Shown here: in pieces, positions 60,229-64,000 of the stretch
Position numbering within the stretch: the stretch's first letter is position 1
Layout of the letters: each line of letters opens with the position of its first letter
Assembly (NCBI GenBank): GCA_965199715.1
Contig: CBDATA010000001.1
Span: 160,001-224,000, forward strand
Direction of reading: 5' to 3'
DNA length: 64,000 nt
Source: Vicinamibacteria bacterium
GTDB taxonomy: Bacteria > Acidobacteriota > Vicinamibacteria > Marinacidobacterales > Marinacidobacteraceae
Position numbers and translations under genes: made by a program
The notes under the pieces: model-generated
Databases searched by the model: none
What the model was told of the DNA's origin: nothing
The model's input: the letters and a program-made list of their open reading frames with translations, nothing else

Positions 60229-60927
60229 TTTCTCCGGCCGCCACGGCTCGAGCCCGAGCCGCTCGCGGACGAACCACACCGCGAGATAGATCAACGGCGT
60301 GTCCACGACGGCCACCATCCACTTGAACACGACCCCGTTCGCGATCAGCATCGGGAGCCGCTCCCAGGTCAGCTCCTCGACCCCGAAGCCCGCGAGCAAC
60401 GAGTTCACCAGGATCGTGTCCACGAGCTGCGAGGCGAAGGTCGAGGCGTTGTTCCGAAGCCACAGGTGCCGCCCCCCGGTGACCCGCTTCCAGAAGTGGA
60501 ACATGCGGATGTCGAGGTACTGGGCGCCGAGGTAGGCCCCCATCGAGGCGGTCAGCATGAGCGCCTGGAGCCCGAAGACGCGAGTGAACGTCGCGTCGTC
60601 CACCTCGCTCCAGCTCGCCGCGGGGACCGCGTCCGAGACCGCGATGAGCGCCCCCACGAAGACGCTCGCGACGAGGCCGGCGGTGACGAGCCGACTGACG
60701 CGCCGCCGTCCGAAGAATTCGGAGAGCAGGTCGGTGCAGATGAAGGTCACCGGATAGGCGAGAATCCCGACCGAGAGCTCCATCCGGGGCTCGAGGCCGA
60801 GGAACGCGAGCGCCGGAATCTCCCAGACGAAGAACTTGCGGAAGATGAGGTTGCAGGCCACCAAGGCGGCGAGGAAGACGCCCCCCACATACAGGAACAC
60901 CTGATCGGCGCGGTCTTTCGGGTTCAC
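60199..60927 (-). CDS. Queuosine precursor transporter (YhhQ/Vut_1 family)
   Basis: YPVTFICTDLLSEFFG, AYLGAQYLDI, LWLRNNAST..SQLVDT, DTPLIY. Confidence 0.88.
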   Translation of the reverse strand: MNPKDRADQVFLYVGGVFLAALVACNLIFRKFFVWEIPALAFLGLEPRMELSVGILAYPVTFICTDLLSEFFGRRRVSRLVTAGLVASVFVGALIAVSDAVPAASWSEVDDATFTRVFGLQALMLTASMGAYLGAQYLDIRMFHFWKRVTGGRHLWLRNNASTFASQLVDTILVNSLLAGFGVEELTWERLPMLIANGVVFKWMVAVVDTPLIYLAVWFVRERLGLEPWRPEKSDRRDLAHS

Positions 60928-60928
60928 G

Positions 60929-61789
60929 TCAGGCGGGGGCGACGCCGAGCAGGCCGCCGTAGGTTTCGACCCGCCGGTCGCGCAGGAACTGAAGCAGCCG
61001 GCGGGCGTCCGCGACGCTTCCGAAGTCGAGGGTGGCGGTCACGAGCTCCGGCCGGTCGCCGGCGCGGGCGAGAACCTCGCCCAGCGGACCCGCGAAGAAG
61101 CTGCCGCCGTAGAACGCCGCATCCCCCTCGCGTCCGACCCGGTTGGCGGCTCCGACGAAGACCCCGTTGGCGATGGCGTGGGCGCGCATCGCCGTCCGCC
61201 AGGCGTCCTCGGAGGAGTACCCCGGCCGGTCGGGTTCGGAGCCGATCGCGGTCGGGAAGAGCAGCAGCTCGGCGCCCCCGAGCGCAAGCGCCCGCGCCGC
61301 CTCGGGAAACCACTGGTCCCAGCAGATGCCGACGCCGATCCGTCCGAAGGCCGTGTTCCAGACCGGATAGCCGAGGTCGCCCGGCGTGAAGTAGTACTTC
61401 TCGTGGTAGCCCGGACCGTCGGGAATGTGGTTCTTGCGGTAGCGCCCGAGGAGCGAGCCGTCGGCGTCGAAGACGAGCGCGGTGTTGAACGCGACGCCGG
61501 GCGCCGCCTCCTCGAACACCGGAACCACGAGCACGAGGCCGAGTTCCCCGGCGAGTCGGCCGAGTTCGAGCGCTCTGGGCGACGGCTGGGGCTCGGCGAG
61601 GCCGCAGCGCTCGACCGAGACCTGCGCGGGGAAGTAGGGCAGGTCGTAGAGCTCCGGCAGGCAGACGATGCGGGCGCCGCCCGCGGCGGCCTCGCGCACC
61701 GCCGCGACCGCGACCCGGTGCGCCCGGTCGCGGTCCGGCTCCACCGCCCGCTGGACGAGAGCCGCCGTGACGGCGGAGCGGGAGCTCAT
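60929..61789 (-). CDS. aguB: Carbon-nitrogen hydrolase, N-carbamoylputrescine amidase-like
   Basis: CLPEL, YRKNHIPDGPGYHEKYYFTPGD, ICWDQWFPE, PTAIGSEP; adjacent to agmatine deiminase. Confidence 0.85.
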   Translation of the reverse strand: MSSRSAVTAALVQRAVEPDRDRAHRVAVAAVREAAAGGARIVCLPELYDLPYFPAQVSVERCGLAEPQPSPRALELGRLAGELGLVLVVPVFEEAAPGVAFNTALVFDADGSLLGRYRKNHIPDGPGYHEKYYFTPGDLGYPVWNTAFGRIGVGICWDQWFPEAARALALGGAELLLFPTAIGSEPDRPGYSSEDAWRTAMRAHAIANGVFVGAANRVGREGDAAFYGGSFFAGPLGEVLARAGDRPELVTATLDFGSVADARRLLQFLRDRRVETYGGLLGVAPA

Positions 61790-61799
61790 GGCGGGCGGG

Positions 61800-62984
61800 T
61801 CAGTATAGGGGCGCGGCGACGGGCTCCTGCTGGATCATGCAGTGGATTCCGCCGCCGCCGAAGTTCGCCGCGAGCGGGTCGAATCCGACCACTTCGCGCA
61901 CCGGAAACGCCGCCCGGAGCACGGCTTCCGCGGCCTCGTCCTTCTCCCGGACCGCATGCGGAAGCCCCGGCTTCCAGTAGCGCGGCGCCAGCACCAGACC
62001 GTTGGTGATCTGGAAGTTGAGATAGCTTGCCGCCGCGACCACCGGGACCGGCCCGGCGATGCGCGAACCGTCGCGGAACCGGACCCGGCGCAGCGCCTCG
62101 TACACGCCGTCGCCGGGGCCGACCTCGGCGAGGATCGGGTCGGGAACCGGCGCCCGCAGAATGCGGAAGGGCCGTCCCCCGGCGTCGCGGGCCGCCCGGA
62201 GCCGGACGAGGTTCTCCTCGAGCCGTTCGCGGGCGATCGCGGCGAGATCCCCCGGTTCCCCGGGGGCGACCTCCGCAAGCAGGACGGTGCGGGGATCCGC
62301 GAACCGGGCGAACTCGTCCGCGTGTCCGCCGGTGCCGATGGCGGTGAAGGCGCCGCCCGGCAAGGGCCCCAGCGTCGCGTGGTCGTCCTCGGGAACCCCG
62401 GCGGCGAGCCACACGATGCGGGTCGCTCCGAGGACGCGGCGGTATTCCGCCTCGATGGCGGCGAGGGTCCAGTCCGGGTTGCGCTGGCGCTCCACCGCCT
62501 CGACCAGCATCAGGACGCCGGCTCCATTCGACTCGCGGGCGCCTCCCTCGCTGACGAGCGGCGACCGCACGAGGGGGATTCCGAGCCGCTCCGCCGCCCG
62601 ACGCGCAATCGCGCCGTCGAGCCGGGACGCGGGGGAGTCGGGGCTCTCGTAGCCCCACCTGCTGAAGCGGAATTCGGCGATCCGCAGCCCGCCCCGGTCC
62701 CCGACCAGAAACGTCGGGCCGAAGTCGCGCATCCACACGTCCCCGTGCGGGATCCGGTGGACGCGCGCCTCGGGAGCCCGGGCGGAGAGGCGCTCGGCCT
62801 CGGCGGCGTCCTCGACGAGGAGCTCCGTTTGGACCCGGCCCCGCGCCGCCTCGAGGATCCGGAGAGTCAGGGGATCCGTGGGGTGGCCACGCCGGTTCTC
62901 GTACCGCGGCCACGCGAGCCACAGCGCCCGCTGGGGTTCGAACTCCGCCGGAAGCCGGAAGCGCTCGTCGCTCCCGGAGTCCAT
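61800..62984 (-). CDS. aguA: Agmatine deiminase / peptidylarginine deiminase family
   Basis: LPAEFE, WMRDFGP, EGG, GHADEFARF, ASYLNF, GGGIHC..QQ. Confidence 0.88.
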   Translation of the reverse strand: MDSGSDERFRLPAEFEPQRALWLAWPRYENRRGHPTDPLTLRILEAARGRVQTELLVEDAAEAERLSARAPEARVHRIPHGDVWMRDFGPTFLVGDRGGLRIAEFRFSRWGYESPDSPASRLDGAIARRAAERLGIPLVRSPLVSEGGARESNGAGVLMLVEAVERQRNPDWTLAAIEAEYRRVLGATRIVWLAAGVPEDDHATLGPLPGGAFTAIGTGGHADEFARFADPRTVLLAEVAPGEPGDLAAIARERLEENLVRLRAARDAGGRPFRILRAPVPDPILAEVGPGDGVYEALRRVRFRDGSRIAGPVPVVAAASYLNFQITNGLVLAPRYWKPGLPHAVREKDEAAEAVLRAAFPVREVVGFDPLAANFGGGGIHCMIQQEPVAAPLY

Positions 62985-63007
62985 GCGGCTCAATATACTC
63001 AAGCCGC

Positions 63008-63280
63008 GTGCGCGACTTGGACCCGAGAGACATGGAGTCGCTGGCCGAGGTGCGGCTCGTGCGCGAAGACGGCGAGGCGGATGCGGGGGCGGCGTGGAAC
63101 CGCCTGGCCGCCTTCGGCGAGCGCGTCACGCGAGCGCCTCCCGAGGCGTCGCGAGAACGCGTGGTCCCGGTGAGCGCACTGAGGACCGACGAGGCGCGGC
63201 CGGGCCTCGAGCCGGGTTCGCTCGAACGGGTCGCTCCCGAGTTCCGGAACGGCCTGCTGCTCGTTCCCCGCGTTCTTTGA
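63008..63280 (+). CDS. gatC: Asp/Glu-tRNA amidotransferase subunit C (divergent)
   Basis: Size, LRTDEARPGL...APEFRNGLLLVPRVL tail, overlap with gatA start. Confidence 0.75.
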   Translation: MRDLDPRDMESLAEVRLVREDGEADAGAAWNRLAAFGERVTRAPPEASRERVVPVSALRTDEARPGLEPGSLERVAPEFRNGLLLVPRVL

Positions 63281-64000
63281 ACCCCGCCGTCGCGGGACCG
63301 GAGCTGCGCGCGCTCGGCGCACGGCTCTCCGAGGGAACGATCGGGGCCGAGGATGCGGCGCGGGTCGCCTTCGCCCGCATCCGGGAGGTCGAACCCGGCG
63401 TCCGCGCCTTCTTGCATCTCGCCGAGGACGAGGCGCTCGACCGGGCGCGGGAGATCGACGTCTCGCCGCCCGGCGAGCGCGGGCCGCTCGGCGGCATGCC
63501 GATCTCGATCAAGGACAACATCGCGGTGCGCGGGATGCCGCTCACCTGCGCGTCGGCGATTCTGGACGGCTTCGTCTCCCCGTACGACGCGACGATCGTT
63601 CGGCGGCTCCGGGACGCCGGCGCGGTGATCGTCGGAAAGACGAACCTCGACGAGTTCGCGATGGGGTCGAGCACCACTAGCGGCTGTCGGGGCGCGACGC
63701 GCAATCCGTGGGACGCGGGCCGGGTGCCCGGAGGCTCGTCCGGCGGGGCGGCGGCGTCGGTGGCGGCGGGGATGGCGGTCGCCGGGATCGGGACCGACAC
63801 CGGAGGTTCGCTCCGCCACCCCGCCGCGCACTGCGGGCTCGCCGCCATCCGGCCGACGTGGGGCCGCGTGTCCCGATTCGGGATCACCGCCTACGCCTCC
63901 TCGCTGGATCAGGCGGGGTGCGTCGCGTGGGACGTCGCGACGATCGCGCGGGTGCTCGGGGCGATCGCCGGACACGATCCGAGCGACGCGACCAGCGGTC
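63277..64000 (+). CDS. gatA: Asp/Glu-tRNA amidotransferase subunit A (partial, runs off the window)
   Basis: TTG overlapping the gatC stop; PISIKDNI, GKTNLDEFAMGSST, NPWD, PGGSSGG, GTDTGGS, SSLDQAG. Confidence 0.92.
   Translation, partial: MNPAVAGPELRALGARLSEGTIGAEDAARVAFARIREVEPGVRAFLHLAEDEALDRAREIDVSPPGERGPLGGMPISIKDNIAVRGMPLTCASAILDGFVSPYDATIVRRLRDAGAVIVGKTNLDEFAMGSSTTSGCRGATRNPWDAGRVPGGSSGGAAASVAAGMAVAGIGTDTGGSLRHPAAHCGLAAIRPTWGRVSRFGITAYASSLDQAGCVAWDVATIARVLGAIAGHDPSDATSG

Overview
Very GC-rich, gene-dense bacterial chromosomal segment. The gene content (GWxTD protein, Oar-type TonB-dependent receptors, many PQQ-type beta-propellers and exported peptidases) suggests an Acidobacteriota-like heterotroph; this taxonomy is inference only. 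Housekeeping genes include dprA-topA-xerC, pncA-pncB, serS, three tRNAs, rpmB, ilvB-ilvN-ilvC, aguA-aguB and gatC-gatA. Also present are a TRAP transporter, two TonB-dependent receptors, an Omp85 operon and many secreted hydrolases. The strongest hidden signal is a tandem pair of rhodanese genes (50677-51428, minus strand) that the ORF track truncates. In both, the catalytic Cys codon is an in-frame TGA followed at exactly the same distance by the same 16-nt hairpin, so they are probably selenoproteins with a shared SECIS, one cytoplasmic and one a lipoprotein. Other notable features: (1) a TonB receptor whose only plausible start codon lies inside a tRNA-Ser gene; (2) pervasive TANNNT-N6-10-start (leaderless-type) architecture with overlapping bidirectional -10 boxes; (3) a sigma54/IHF promoter; (4) several decayed defence-gene remnants (WYL-linked, Dcm/receiver-domain, helicase-nuclease). 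No CRISPR array, rRNA or intact mobile element was seen. All family calls are from motif recognition, not database searches.
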